In this document: positions 39,356 through 49,189 of the stretch, piece by piece | Numbering within the stretch: the stretch's first letter is position 1 | Layout: the number at the start of each line of letters is the position of its first letter | Origin: a virus | Lineage: Duplodnaviria > Heunggongvirae > Uroviricota > Caudoviricetes | Length of the DNA stretch: 64,000 bases | Strand: one strand, 5' to 3' | IMG/VR virus record: IMGVR_UViG_2541047938_000006 | The notes under the pieces: model-generated | The model's database searches: none | What the model was told of the DNA's origin: nothing | The model's input: only the letters and a program-made list of their open reading frames with translations | Program-made: the position numbers and the translations under genes

Positions 39356-39889
39356 TTATCTGTCAATTCCCCAGCACGCCAGCGCGCTCTCCTGGTCACG
39401 CCGCGATACCTGCCCGTAACAGTTATTTGAGCGATTCCGACAGTCCCTGCCGCCGTCATATATCCATCGGCGGATTTCAGCACATGCACCTTTCCGGTCT
39501 CCGGCGTTCAGTTTCCGGTAAAACGTTGAGGTGAAGCATTTCGAAGGCCCGATGTTGTACGGACAGAATGACGCGATGCCCGCTTTCTGCGGTTCAGTCA
39601 GTGGCAATTTGATGTTTTTCTCCACCCATGCCAGCGCCTTATCACGTTCAATGGCATTAACCTGAGCGCATTTTTCCTTCGACAACTTCATGCCCGGGAC
39701 GACAGGTTTGCCATCCACCATGATGGCACCACGGCAGATGGTCCAGATCCCCGCACCATCACGGTATGCCGTGGTGTGGTTACCTTCTTTTTCGTCAAGA
39801 AACTGGTCGAGGATTTCAGGCGCAGAAGCACCCGTGGCAATCAGCGCCAGAACGGCTACCGATAAACCATAGTGGAGTTTCCTGCTCAT
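39356..39889 (-). CDS. SAR endolysin (T4-lysozyme-like glycosidase with signal-anchor-release N-terminus)
   Basis: 177 aa; N-terminal weakly hydrophobic Gly/Ala-rich segment then EGNHTTAYRDGAGIWTICRG catalytic region; downstream of holin. Confidence 0.8.
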   Translation of the reverse strand: MSRKLHYGLSVAVLALIATGASAPEILDQFLDEKEGNHTTAYRDGAGIWTICRGAIMVDGKPVVPGMKLSKEKCAQVNAIERDKALAWVEKNIKLPLTEPQKAGIASFCPYNIGPSKCFTSTFYRKLNAGDRKGACAEIRRWIYDGGRDCRNRSNNCYGQVSRRDQESALACWGIDR

Positions 39890-39893
39890 CAGC

Positions 39894-40109
39894 TTACTCT
39901 CCCCGCGCAGCTTTGCGCCGGTCTTCTTTAATCTTGAAATACAGGTTCGTCAGGTACGTCAGAAGCCCTAAAAATAAACTCCCCAGCACACCAATCGCAG
40001 TCCAGTGGGAAGGCGTCACATTATCCAGTATCTGAAGCAACCAGTACCCCGCCCCCGCTGCCGAGGTGCTGTACGATGCACCCGTTGCTATTTTTTCCAT
40101 CTGATACAC
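39894..40109 (-). CDS. Class II pinholin (phage 21 S-like)
   Basis: 71 aa with dual start MYQMEKI..., two TM segments and C-terminal ...[22 protein letters not shown]. Confidence 0.85.
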   Translation of the reverse strand: MYQMEKIATGASYSTSAAGAGYWLLQILDNVTPSHWTAIGVLGSLFLGLLTYLTNLYFKIKEDRRKAARGE

Positions 40110-40185
40110 GTCCTCACCTCCGACAGACGGAAGACACCAAAATGAAAAAAGCCACCAGCTCTTTACTGATGGCCCTGCCCCGCCG

Positions 40186-40476
40186 TTACAGCATTGTGCC
40201 CGGTTCGGGTTGTGTGTCTGTCATATCCGTCACCGGTGACTCCGGCTGAATATCACCATTTTCCGTGGTGACATCTTCCGCCTGTGGTTCCGGAAGCAGT
40301 TCCGGGGATGGTTCCGGCTGTGCACCAAGCAATTCATCCAGAATTGAATCCACTTCTGCATCAAGACGCTCTTCCAGATTCTGGCGGAGTTTTTGTTTCA
40401 GGACGCTTCTGACTTCTTCAGAGCGAATGACTTCCTTCACTGCCTCAGCAGTGACCAGTTGTTTTATATCTGTCAT
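40186..40476 (-). CDS. Hypothetical acidic protein
   Basis: Likely start MTDIKQL within ORF 40186..40650. Confidence 0.3.
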   Translation of the reverse strand: MTDIKQLVTAEAVKEVIRSEEVRSVLKQKLRQNLEERLDAEVDSILDELLGAQPEPSPELLPEPQAEDVTTENGDIQPESPVTDMTDTQPEPGTML

Positions 40477-40501
40477 GAGATTTTCTCGTTGAAAGGGGTT
40501 A

Positions 40502-40696
40502 TTAAGAAGGTTGTTCCGGAATGAGTGGGGCTTCTGTTTTTGCTCCGGCTGACTGAGTGGCGCTGATTTTCTCAGCGGCCCTTTTGTCAATCTGTCTGCG
40601 CCAGAAGTCGCGTACTGCCCTGTATCCACCTGAAAGCAGATACAACACACAGACCACCGTACAGAAGTACAGCATTAACTGGTTGATGAATGTCAT
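40502..40696 (-). CDS. Hypothetical small membrane protein
   Basis: 64-aa ORF with N-terminal TM helix. Confidence 0.3.
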   Translation of the reverse strand: MTFINQLMLYFCTVVCVLYLLSGGYRAVRDFWRRQIDKRAAEKISATQSAGAKTEAPLIPEQPS

Positions 40697-40794
40697 GGTT
40701 TATTACCGTTACTGTTGACAATGAGAATTGTTTTCATTTAGAAATGATTGATGTCGAAAGCATCCTTTCGTTAGATTCTCCATTGGGATTACCT

Positions 40795-40831
40795 CCGCCA
40801 GTCTCCATTCCTGTTGCTGGCGGTTTTTTTT
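40795..40831 (+). terminator. Intrinsic terminator, plus-strand orientation
   Basis: Hairpin CCGCCAG-N15-CTGGCGG followed by TTTTTTTT. Confidence 0.45.
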
Positions 40832-40837
40832 CGTCTG

Positions 40838-41934
40838 TTATGCTGCTACGGCATTCACACCAACAGTAAGACTTTCAATCAGCACAGGGTAAGTTGCCGC
40901 ATTTCCGGTAATATCCGTAATTGCCAGCGCGTTGGCCTCAAAGGCTGCATTCGTCCATCTGGTCAGCGTAAACGGTTTTCCTGCTGCATTATCAAGCACC
41001 GGCGTGACGTTCAGCGAGCCACCACCCGGGAAGCGGAAAGTCAGCGTGTGCCAGTCGTGATCGAACGGACCATAACTACCAAGCCGCTGTGATGTGGTGT
41101 TTGCATGATACATCACATTGATGTTTGTTTTATCAGTCTGCAGATAGAAGGCCGCAATATAACCCTCCTCTGATTCCGCTCCCGGCCATCCACTACCGCG
41201 CCAGTAAATACCCGCAGAATATTGATTTGCAGAAGCATTGAGAGATACATCATCGGGGATTTTAAAGCGCAGCGTGATTTCACCGCCGTTATCGAACAGC
41301 TCCTTCCCCTTACCGGCATCAATTGCGTGCGATACTTTCCAGGTCTTTTTCTGTGCAAGACCATTTTCTGGTTTTTCAAGACGAAGGGCTTTTTTACCTG
41401 AACCACTGTCACTGACCAGCGTGTTTTTGACATCTGTCAGCGTCCAGCCCTGCGAAGCCAGAGCGGCATTTTCCGCATTCACATCATAAGCCAGCACTGA
41501 CTGTATCTTTGTCGGGACAACGGCTTCAGGCTGAGTATCGCCACTCTCCTGTGCTGGTTGCGATACGCCTCCGCCTGAAGAAACCGCGGCTTTTGTCACT
41601 TTCCCGGAAACAAAATCTGCCACTCTGCCCACATGCAGAAGAATGGCTGTTGCCAGACGGTCGGAAATAATTCCGCGACGCGCCCATGAACCAAAGTGGG
41701 TTTTACGATCGGATGTTGTCCAGCTCTTCGCATCCGTTCGTCCACCGGAACCATAATACCCGATAGCCGGAATATCCGGGTCTTCTGACGGTTCATTGGT
41801 CCCGACTTTCTGACCATTGTCATCCATCATAAACGGCACAAAGAAGATATTTTTACCGGCTTTGGTTTTGTATGCGCCATAGACGGCATCGTATTGCGCT
41901 GAATACGTCTCCTTCCAGTAGTACGTCGTGTCAC
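40838..41934 (-). pseudogene. nanS-p-type sialate O-acetylesterase, C-terminal part (gene split by IS insertion)
   Basis: N-terminus of this fragment (SDTTYYWKETYSAQYDAVYG...RGIISDRLATAIL) matches recalled C-terminal region of E. coli YjhS/NanS; continues the frame of ORF 44488..45429 across the IS. Confidence 0.8.
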
Positions 41935-42127
41935 TGCGTATTTTCATGAAAGGAGATCACTCAATAACTTCCATCGAGATCGGGTAATAACATTTGAACA
42001 GATCGCTGAATAACATCGATGGAGATCACTTTTGACTCATTTTGTTATTCAGTGATCTCCATCAATGTTATTGGAACTTCACAGGTGTGTTGATCTGTAT
42101 CTTTTGCCATTCCGGTAAAGGATACCT

Positions 42128-43669
42128 ATGCCAACAGTTCCAATTTCTATGAGAAAACTTAAAGAAATTCTTAGGCTTAAATACGGTGTTGGACTCAGCC
42201 ATCGACAAATTGGTCGTAGTCTTGCAATCTCCCCTTCCGTTGTATCCAGATATGCTAATCGGGCGGCTCAACTTGGCATAAAGCAGTGGCCCTTACCTAC
42301 AGGATGGGATGATACAAAACTAAAACATGCGTTCCTTCAGACCCAGGTTAAGATGAAGAAGCACTCTCTGCCTGACTGGGCTACAGTACACCGGGAACTG
42401 CGTAATAAATGCGTGACGCTGCAGCTACTCTGGGAAGAATACTGTGAGCGTAATCCAGGCGGTTTTTACAGCTATAACCATTACTGCCGGATGTACCGTG
42501 AATGGCTCAAAACCACTTCACCATCAATGCGTCAGGTACATAAAGCTGGCGAAAAACTTTTCGTTGATTACTGTGGACCTACCGTTGGCGTTACCGACCC
42601 TGAGACCGGAGAAATAAGAACTGCTCAGGTCATCGTAGCTGTTCTCGGGGCATCAAGTTACACATGGGCAGAGGCCACCTGGTCTCAGCAGCTTGAAGAC
42701 TGGGTGATGAGTCATGTTCGCTGCTTCCAGTGGTTGGGTGGCGTTCCTGAACTTGTTGTTCCGGACAATCTGAAAAGCGCCACATCCAGGGCATGTAAGT
42801 ATGATCCTGACGTTAACCCTACCTACCAGCAGATGCTTGAGCATTATAATGTCGCAGTTTTGCCTGCGCGGCCACGTAAACCGAAAGATAAAGCCAAAGC
42901 TGAAGTTGGCGTTCAGGTTGTTGAACGCTGGATCATGGCCCGAATCAGGCATGAGATCTTCTACAGCCTTGCATCGCTTAATCAGCGCATTCGGGAGTTG
43001 CTGGAAAGACTGAATAACAAAATAATGCAGAAGTTGGGTTATTCACGTGCAGAACTCTTCATCCAGCTTGATAAACCCGCACTGAAGCCTCTTCCTGAAG
43101 CCAGTTACAGTTACACCCTGGTGAAGAAAGTCAGAGTTCATGCCGATTACCACGTGGAAATCGACAAACATTACTACTCGGTTCCATGTTCGCTGTTAGG
43201 CCAGCAACTGGAAGCATGGATCTCCGGAGAACTGGTAAGACTCTTCAATCAGGGGCAGGAGGTTGCTGTGCACCCGCGCAAGCGTACTTATGGCTACAGT
43301 ACCCGCAACGAGCACATGCCTGAAGCTCATCGACAGCATGCCACCTGGACGCCAGAGCGTCTTCTGGAATGGGCGGGGCACATAGGCAGTGAAACTCATA
43401 GTTATGTGCTTCATATACTGAACTCTCGTCCACATCCGGAACAAAGCTATCGCTTCTGCCTTGGACTCCTGAACCTTCATAAAAAATACAGTAAAGCCAG
43501 ACTTAATGCAGCATGTGCAAGAGCTCTGAAAACAAAGGTATGGCGTCTGTCAGGTATTAAATCGATCCTGGAAAAAGGTCTGGATAAACAACCTGTTCAG
43601 GATCCAAAACCAGATCTGTTATCCACGATGGAACACGAAAACGTACGCGGCAGTGAGTATTACCACTGA
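42128..43669 (+). CDS. istA: IS21-family transposase IstA
   Basis: 513 aa, N-terminal HTH and DDE-type core; followed by IstB. Confidence 0.85.
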   Translation: MPTVPISMRKLKEILRLKYGVGLSHRQIGRSLAISPSVVSRYANRAAQLGIKQWPLPTGWDDTKLKHAFLQTQVKMKKHSLPDWATVHRELRNKCVTLQLLWEEYCERNPGGFYSYNHYCRMYREWLKTTSPSMRQVHKAGEKLFVDYCGPTVGVTDPETGEIRTAQVIVAVLGASSYTWAEATWSQQLEDWVMSHVRCFQWLGGVPELVVPDNLKSATSRACKYDPDVNPTYQQMLEHYNVAVLPARPRKPKDKAKAEVGVQVVERWIMARIRHEIFYSLASLNQRIRELLERLNNKIMQKLGYSRAELFIQLDKPALKPLPEASYSYTLVKKVRVHADYHVEIDKHYYSVPCSLLGQQLEAWISGELVRLFNQGQEVAVHPRKRTYGYSTRNEHMPEAHRQHATWTPERLLEWAGHIGSETHSYVLHILNSRPHPEQSYRFCLGLLNLHKKYSKARLNAACARALKTKVWRLSGIKSILEKGLDKQPVQDPKPDLLSTMEHENVRGSEYYH

Positions 43670-43680
43670 TACGGGATCCA

Positions 43681-44430
43681 ATGATGAATCATCTTTACGA
43701 ACAACTGACCGCACTTAAACTCACCGGCTTCCGTGATGCGCTTAAAAAGCAACTTGCTCAGCCGGGCACATACCAGGAGCTGGGCTTCGAAGAACGCCTG
43801 TCATTACTGACAGCAGAAGAACTAACCTGCCGTGAAAACAGGAAGGCAGAGCGTCTGATCAAACATGCACGGTTCAGACTTAATGCTGAGTTATCAAAGC
43901 TGGATTATCGTAACAATAGAGGGCTGGACAGGGCCCTCATCCGTTCACTCAGTCAGGGAAACTGGTTAACCCTGAAACAAAATATTTTACTGACCGGGGC
44001 CACCGGCAGCGGTAAAACGTTCCTGGCATGTGCACTTGGTCATAATGCCTGCCGACAGGGATACAAGGTCTACTATTATCGCCTTAAAGCGCTGATGGAA
44101 CAGTGCTATCAGGGGCATGCTGATGGAAGATACAGCAAACTTTTGACCAGGCTGAATAATAGCGATCTGCTGCTTCTGGATGACTGGGGGCTGGAACCTC
44201 TCTCATCAGAACAGCGTAGCGACCTGCTGGAAATAGTGGATCTGATGTACCAACGAGGCTCAATCATCGTAGTGAGCCAGTTGCCGGTGGAAAACTGGTA
44301 CAAAATGATCGGAGACTCCACACATGCGGATGCCATCCTAGATCGACTGGTTCATGGCAGTATCAAGATCGAACTTAAAGGAGAATCAATGCGGAAAATA
44401 CAATCTCCGTTGACCGAAGGAGATCAGTGA
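43681..44430 (+). CDS. istB: IS21-family ATP-binding helper IstB
   Basis: 249 aa with Walker A GATGSGKTFLACALG and Walker B LLLLDDWG. Confidence 0.9.
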   Translation: MMNHLYEQLTALKLTGFRDALKKQLAQPGTYQELGFEERLSLLTAEELTCRENRKAERLIKHARFRLNAELSKLDYRNNRGLDRALIRSLSQGNWLTLKQNILLTGATGSGKTFLACALGHNACRQGYKVYYYRLKALMEQCYQGHADGRYSKLLTRLNNSDLLLLDDWGLEPLSSEQRSDLLEIVDLMYQRGSIIVVSQLPVENWYKMIGDSTHADAILDRLVHGSIKIELKGESMRKIQSPLTEGDQ

Positions 44431-44515
44431 AGGTAATTTAAAAACGGTTCTGTGAAAGTGACACGAACCGATCTCCATCGATGTTACTCACCGATCTCCT
44501 TCACGGTAATACGCA

Positions 44516-45399
44516 GTGTCACCACAAATCCAGGGCACCAGAGAAGGAGAAGCACCAGCGCACTGACCGGATACTCCCGCCAGGTCAGAACGGTATTTTT
44601 CCACCATGGCATCAAACATGGCGGGCTGACTGGCGTACGCTCCCTGTTTTAAATCAAACTCGCCCTGCATCCAGACAACACAAAGTAGTATGTTTTTGGG
44701 GTTTGCCTTCAGCGCGGCCTGAGTGCGTGTCAGCAGGTCTTTATACAACGGCTTATCAACGCCCCATCGTTCAGATTTATCCGACGCTCCTGAACTTTCA
44801 CTGAACGTTCCGTCAGCACCGGCTGTAAACGCAGAGCCACCACGACAGCACGGCACTAACAAAATACCCGCATTTTCCGGCATAAAGGGCAACAGCTTTT
44901 TGGCAATATGCAATCCCTGTCCGACACACCCATACTGCTCTGCGCTGGCTTTCGGATGAGAAAAACGGCTCAAATCCTGCACATCATGCAGGCAGTGGTC
45001 CGCCGGAATGATGTCGTTATATGCACAGGCCGCACCACCCGGTGTCACCGTACTGCGACGCGCCAGCTGTTTAATACGCGGGTCCGGACGGTCATATGTC
45101 TCCGGCAGCGGCAGGCCTTCACCATACGCCATGCCGTTTGACTGTCCGGCCAGCGCAATGACAAAGTAATATTCTGGTTCAACAACAACAGTCCGGGTAC
45201 CATCTCCCCCCGGTGAAACTACCGGAGAGGTCATATCCCCTTCAGCGACTATAGCCTGGATAAATTCAGCACCATAACCCGCGTTTGAGATAATCGGACT
45301 ACCATAGGGTTGCCAGCCTTCCTTCAGTTTTTGCGTCAGTTTTCCTGCGAGGTCTGACGGCGATGATGCCCTGACCACGTCATAGTGTTTAAATGCCAT
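44516..45399 (-). pseudogene. nanS-p-type sialate O-acetylesterase, N-terminal part (DUF1737-like + esterase start)
   Basis: Start MAFKHYDV with RBS GGGAGG; region YYFVIALAGQSNGMAYGEGLPLP...CCRGGSAFTAG matches recalled YjhS/NanS N-terminal half; reading frame ends inside IS terminus. Confidence 0.8.
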
Positions 45400-45600
45400 T
45401 ATTCCTCCCGGCAGGGATAGTGTATGCAATCAAGATAAGGTGCGGGCTGACGTCAGTCATGGACAAGGGTTCAGAAACAGGAGGATGACTACAGCCCGCA
45501 ATACGAAAAAGACCATACAGTTGCGCAGAGTGATTACTATCAGGTATTATTCGCCAGCTGAAAATTGATCACTTCACGTTTTGTTGTTTATTCCTTGCCA

Positions 45601-45629
45601 CCCGCGCTTCCCGGCGCGGGCTTTTTTTT
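45601..45629 (+). terminator. Intrinsic terminator, plus-strand orientation (antisense to late operon)
   Basis: Hairpin CCCGCGC-TTCCCG-GCGCGGG followed by TTTTTTTT. Confidence 0.5.
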
Positions 45630-45630
45630 A

Positions 45631-46380
45631 TCCAACAAGAAAGCCCCTCCGGAGAGGGGCTGGAGAGTAGCGCTATGTACCGTTCATGCATGGTGCAGGG
45701 TGCCTCCCGGTGAGTTCAGTATCAGCACCTGAACCCGCACCAGAAAGGATAAGGGGTGTGACCAAACACCTGTCGCTGATATGCCCCTCCGCACAGGGGG
45801 ATTCACCATGCCATATTTTTTTAACAAACTTCCCGCTGGCCAGACAATAATCGCCAGCCTGAATTGTGAGTAACGTGGCATTTTACGGGAAAACTGTTTT
45901 CTGCAGTAAAAAGGCCCGCCGGAGCGAGCCTGGAAGGATAGCGGTCATGTGATGCCGGTTTCCCGGTAACTCAGCATCGGTATCTGAGTCAACGTTTTCT
46001 CTACTGGGTCATTTCCGATACGTTCCGCCTTCCGGCAGACTTTCATCACGTCAGAAAATATAGCACCCTGAGTAACAGGACAGTACTCAGAATTCAGGAA
46101 ACTGTGACACATCCTGCACAGAAAAGCCCCTCCGGAGAGGGGCTGAAGTATAGCCTAATTTCTGTCTGTCGCATGGTGCCAGGTGCCTCCCGGTAAATTC
46201 AGCCTGGCTACTGAATTTGCATGTTCGCTGGATCATACACTTTGCCAGATGCCCCGCCGCTGAGGGGGATTCACCACGCGATGCAATTTTTAACAAATTC
46301 TCCGGCAGCCAGACAATCATCAAGCTGTGGAATTGTGAGGTATTTAAAAATTTCGCAGCCTCTTGCCACCCGCTTTTCAC
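45631..46380 (-). repeat. Tandem direct repeat units (about 250-480 bp) at the stx-equivalent locus, each ending in an intrinsic terminator on the late strand
   Basis: Blocks AAAGCCCCTCCGGAGAGGGGCTG, GCATGGTGC(C)AGGTGCCTCCCGGT and GGGGGATTCACC...GCCAGACAAT recur at about 45640, 45905 (degenerate) and 46120; minus-strand hairpin plus U-tract at 45631-45660, 45906-45930, 46117-46143. Confidence 0.6.
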
Positions 46381-46658
46381 AAAAATCGTATGTAGAAGGC
46401 CGCAGCGTAACTATCACTGATGAATTCAGGACACCCAGAGGCTACGGCTCAGTTTGGATTGTGGCGGCCGGAATCGAACCAGCTCCCATCGGTGCGCTGC
46501 CGATTACAATACGCGCGGCGATCCGCTACATGACTAGTATTTTCACAGTCGCCTGTCTGCTAGCTCGCCATTGAGCTTCACCACAACGATAAGAGCACTG
46601 CGCACACCTTTCACCAATTCCACGAGGTCTGCGGGTTCAATGCTCTTACCTGTTGTGC

Positions 46659-46690
46659 AAACAAAAAGCCCCGACATTTCTGCCGAGGCC
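46659..46690 (-). terminator. tR'-like terminator downstream of putative late promoter
   Basis: Hairpin with two G-U pairs followed by CTTTTTGTTTGC on minus strand; adjacent segment 46385-46650 resembles, from memory, the lambda sequence just downstream of pR'. Confidence 0.45.
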
Positions 46691-46796
46691 TTTACCTAAT
46701 CTAGCCAGTATGCCGATCCTAAATATTATCGACGACCGAGGTAAATCAGGATTTCTCTTTCGCTTCTCAGTGCGCTTTTGCTCCGAGCATACACAA

Positions 46797-46825
46797 AACA
46801 TACTACTTTCATTTCTCGAAAGCAA
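46797..46825 (-). promoter_or_regulatory. Candidate late promoter pR' (TTGCTT-17-TATGTT)
   Basis: Sigma70-like -35/-10 with 17-bp spacer between Q-like gene stop and tR'-like terminator. Confidence 0.3.
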
Positions 46826-46849
46826 CGCATTTACAAAAAATATTTTGCA

Positions 46850-47464
46850 TCATCCAGCAATCACTAGAAGTTCTTTCTCCAATTCTCGCTTCATTGCATA
46901 AAACATTTCTGAATCAAGGACCCTCTCGCACCACACGACCCGCCTCCGGCAATACTGAATATCAACTCCTGTTATCTGAGAAATCATCCTGGCGATATCT
47001 TGCGTGCTGTCGCGATTGCAATATCGCCTAATAGCTACATCACGGACAGGGCTTTCACGATGAAAGGTCTCAACCATCACACGTTCAACGAAAGCAGCAT
47101 CATCGGATTCTTTGGCGAGAGCAATGATATTACCTGCCGATGACTGAGGGATGACCAGTTCTCGGGCTTTCTGATGGAGTTCATCTCCACGTAGTCCGTC
47201 TTCTTCATACAGACGCATGACAACAGACTCAATCTGCTTAGCTTTGTCATCGCTCCACTGACTGCGAATCATCAGTCGCCCAATAACGTTAATTGCACCA
47301 CAAGGAGAATCATCACCAGCGTTAACATTTCCCCATACCTGTAGCATGTAGTGAACCCATGCTTTCTGACGAGAGTTAATGATTTTCTTCGGATGCCTCC
47401 ATATGCGGCGGAAATGAGCATCATTAATAAAGTTAACCATGCCGAATACTGGGGTTAGCCGCAT
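46850..47464 (-). CDS. Putative late-gene antiterminator (Q-like by position)
   Basis: About 205-aa ORF immediately upstream of the pR'/tR' region and downstream of nin genes; start ATG overlaps upstream stop (TGATG); no recognisable similarity to lambda Q. Confidence 0.4.
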   Translation of the reverse strand: MRLTPVFGMVNFINDAHFRRIWRHPKKIINSRQKAWVHYMLQVWGNVNAGDDSPCGAINVIGRLMIRSQWSDDKAKQIESVVMRLYEEDGLRGDELHQKARELVIPQSSAGNIIALAKESDDAAFVERVMVETFHRESPVRDVAIRRYCNRDSTQDIARMISQITGVDIQYCRRRVVWCERVLDSEMFYAMKRELEKELLVIAG

Positions 47465-47706
47465 CACAGCCCCCATCCTTTACAATGACACCACACTTCA
47501 AACATTCGTTTCACAACTTCACGGCAGTAGAAACCGTCAGCATCACGTGTCAGGTCATAGCGATCTCCGTGCTTCAGTCTCATATAGCATTCGAATAATC
47601 TGTTCATATACTCTTCGCCATGAACTCCGCTATTACGCTGCTCATGCGCTTTTCCAGACGACCTGAATAAAGCCATGCGTTCAGGCACCTGCTGAATATC
47701 ACGCAT
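47464..47706 (-). CDS. Hypothetical protein; N-terminus MRDIQQV resembles start of 933W-type Q
   Basis: 81-aa reading frame starting MRDIQQVPER (recalled Q933 starts MRDIQ.VLERWGAW) then diverging; overlaps ninH stop. Confidence 0.3.
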   Translation of the reverse strand: MRDIQQVPERMALFRSSGKAHEQRNSGVHGEEYMNRLFECYMRLKHGDRYDLTRDADGFYCREVVKRMFEVWCHCKGWGL

Positions 47707-47899
47707 CAGTAGCTTTCCCCTTATCCCATCCACGATGAACCATAAGGACACCGTTGACGACGGCGTGCCGTTTGCCTTCTTTATCACCGACATATTTTCT
47801 GACCGTAGCACGATTACAGTTCAGTTTTCGTGAAACTTCAGTCATATTGCCTCGTGCCTGGATAAGCAATTCCGGTATTGTTTGAATTGTGGCGTTCAT
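47699..47899 (-). CDS. ninH: NinH
   Basis: 66 aa; TIPELLIQARGNMTEVSRKLNCNRATVRKYVGDKEGKRHAVVNGVLMVHRG matches recalled lambda NinH. Confidence 0.8.
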   Translation of the reverse strand: MNATIQTIPELLIQARGNMTEVSRKLNCNRATVRKYVGDKEGKRHAVVNGVLMVHRGWDKGKATDA

Positions 47900-48258
47900 A
47901 TGTTCTCCAGTTCGGTGATTTTTATCCCCACTCTACCGCCAAGCACTTTCACGCCGCGAATTACGCGAATGTCATCGAATTGCACGTCGTCTTCCGCAAA
48001 TCCGGCGTGGATAAGAGAGTCGAGTAAACCTTTCAGGATGTTATCGAGGTCGCGACGGCGGGAATCTGGTGGTTCAGCAATAATTGTGATGCGAAGTCGT
48101 GATTTAGTGAAAATGTCTAATCTGAGTTGCCGGATGATTTGCTGTACGTCTTTTCGGTATTTCTGGCCTTTATCGCTGATGTAGTACTGGCTTCCCCGTC
48201 TTCGCCAGTAGGTATTCACCGTCGGCGGCCAGGGAAGCACAAACTCATATTCATTCAT
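47896..48258 (-). CDS. rusA: Holliday junction resolvase RusA
   Basis: 120 aa; MNEYEFVLPWPPTVNTYWRR... and conserved acidic residues typical of RusA. Confidence 0.85.
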   Translation of the reverse strand: MNEYEFVLPWPPTVNTYWRRRGSQYYISDKGQKYRKDVQQIIRQLRLDIFTKSRLRITIIAEPPDSRRRDLDNILKGLLDSLIHAGFAEDDVQFDDIRVIRGVKVLGGRVGIKITELENI

Positions 48259-48548
48259 GACTTAATCTTCCCCTCCTTCAGCAATATCGCCAGCGTCCTG
48301 ATCACGCCTTCCAGGTGGTAAAGTCTGGCGTCGTTGTTGTCGAGAATGCGAGTACGGCGATCGATTTCATTATGGCAGTCACTACAGGCCCATGCAGCCA
48401 ACAGATCATCTGGCTTTGTTCCCGTTCCGCAAATTCCAGCCATTCGGTAATGCGCCAGAACTGTAGTTTCAGGGTTGCCATTGCATACGCCATAAATCCG
48501 TACCTGGCATTCTCTGCCGCGCGCTTCTTTGCGTAGGTTTGTCATCAT
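48255..48548 (-). CDS. YbcO-like (DUF1364) putative nuclease
   Basis: Cys-rich about 97-aa protein between ninE and rusA, same order as in DLP12-type nin regions. Confidence 0.55.
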   Translation of the reverse strand: MMTNLRKEARGRECQVRIYGVCNGNPETTVLAHYRMAGICGTGTKPDDLLAAWACSDCHNEIDRRTRILDNNDARLYHLEGVIRTLAILLKEGKIKS

Positions 48549-48568
48549 CTTATTCCTCATGCAGTAGG

Positions 48569-48760
48569 CTATCCGGAGTGACAATTAAATCTTGCTCGAC
48601 GCCTTAGCCACCGGATATCCCACAGGTGAGCCGTATAGTTGAAGGTTTTAACATCAGATTCTTTGGGGACTGGCCTGGGTTTATTTCGGGAGCGTTTGGT
48701 TGGAAGGTAATTGCAGTTTTCACAGACGATATCGGTGATGCTTCGTCGCTGTCGTCTCAT
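48569..48760 (-). CDS. ninE: NinE
   Basis: 63 aa; [27 protein letters not shown]...[16 protein letters not shown] matches recalled lambda NinE. Confidence 0.75.
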   Translation of the reverse strand: MRRQRRSITDIVCENCNYLPTKRSRNKPRPVPKESDVKTFNYTAHLWDIRWLRRRARFNCHSG

Positions 48761-49167
48761 TCGTACCTCCTGTCGGTAAATCTGACACCCTGATCCACGG
48801 CCCAGGATGTTGTGTACTCAATCAGGCTTGCCATACGCTTCACGCTCATTTGCGCACTGCTTTCGCGGATATTGACGTATTCACCTTCAAGACCTGGCAA
48901 AACATCAGCTTCCTGTTTTGTCGCCACGGCATGACCGCTTATTAACAAAACTTTCCACTGTTCTGGTTTTAGCCACCTGCCGCACCACTTAACCTGGCGG
49001 GATATATCAGCGACCATCGCGTGAAATTTTGCATTTTGAGCGAGATTACGCTTGTAATCGGTGATACGGATCGTAACGGGTTTGTCTTTATCGAGAGTTG
49101 TTGCAAGGATGGCGTTAATGGCGAATTGTTGCTGCTGCTTACTTCGGAGGAAGATAGTCTGGTTCAT
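48757..49167 (-). CDS. ninB: NinB recombination protein
   Basis: 136 aa; similarity to recalled lambda NinB ([23 protein letters not shown] vs QNRKLWACLGDVSRQVEWHGRWL). Confidence 0.8.
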   Translation of the reverse strand: MNQTIFLRSKQQQQFAINAILATTLDKDKPVTIRITDYKRNLAQNAKFHAMVADISRQVKWCGRWLKPEQWKVLLISGHAVATKQEADVLPGLEGEYVNIRESSAQMSVKRMASLIEYTTSWAVDQGVRFTDRRYE

Positions 49168-49189
49168 TATTCCCTCTCACTGGATTTTC

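Larger units (their letters stand above)
41935..44515 (+). mobile_element. IS21-family insertion sequence (istA-istB), 2581 bp
   Basis: Imperfect terminal inverted repeats beginning TGCGTATT; multiple subterminal GATCTCCATCGATG-like repeats; flanked by GTGTCAC direct repeats at 41928-41934 and 44516-44522. Confidence 0.85.

Noticed and set aside
45631-46380. Possible CRISPR array suggested by repeated GC-rich hairpins
   Set aside because: Repeat units are hundreds of bp long with no short fixed-length repeat-spacer periodicity and no cas genes nearby.
46461-46530. tRNA-like T-arm (GGTTCGATTCC followed by CGGCCGCCAC) on the minus strand in the late control region, where Stx phages carry tRNA genes
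   Set aside because: No D-arm or anticodon arm could be folded at tRNA spacing; the best candidate acceptor pairing lies about 126 nt upstream. Treated as a tRNA remnant or chance similarity, not a tRNA gene.
46590-46650. Possible tRNA acceptor-like long-range pairing TAAGAGCA...TGCTCTTA
   Set aside because: Arms are only about 43 nt apart, too short for a tRNA; the same pairing is present in the lambda sequence as I recall it, so it is more likely a conserved leader RNA structure.
45430-46850. Shiga toxin genes expected between the Q-like gene and the nanS-p-type gene
   Set aside because: No ORF of stxA/stxB size or character is present; the minus-strand ORFs of 65 and 97 aa in this interval follow the DNA repeat and are not conserved as proteins.
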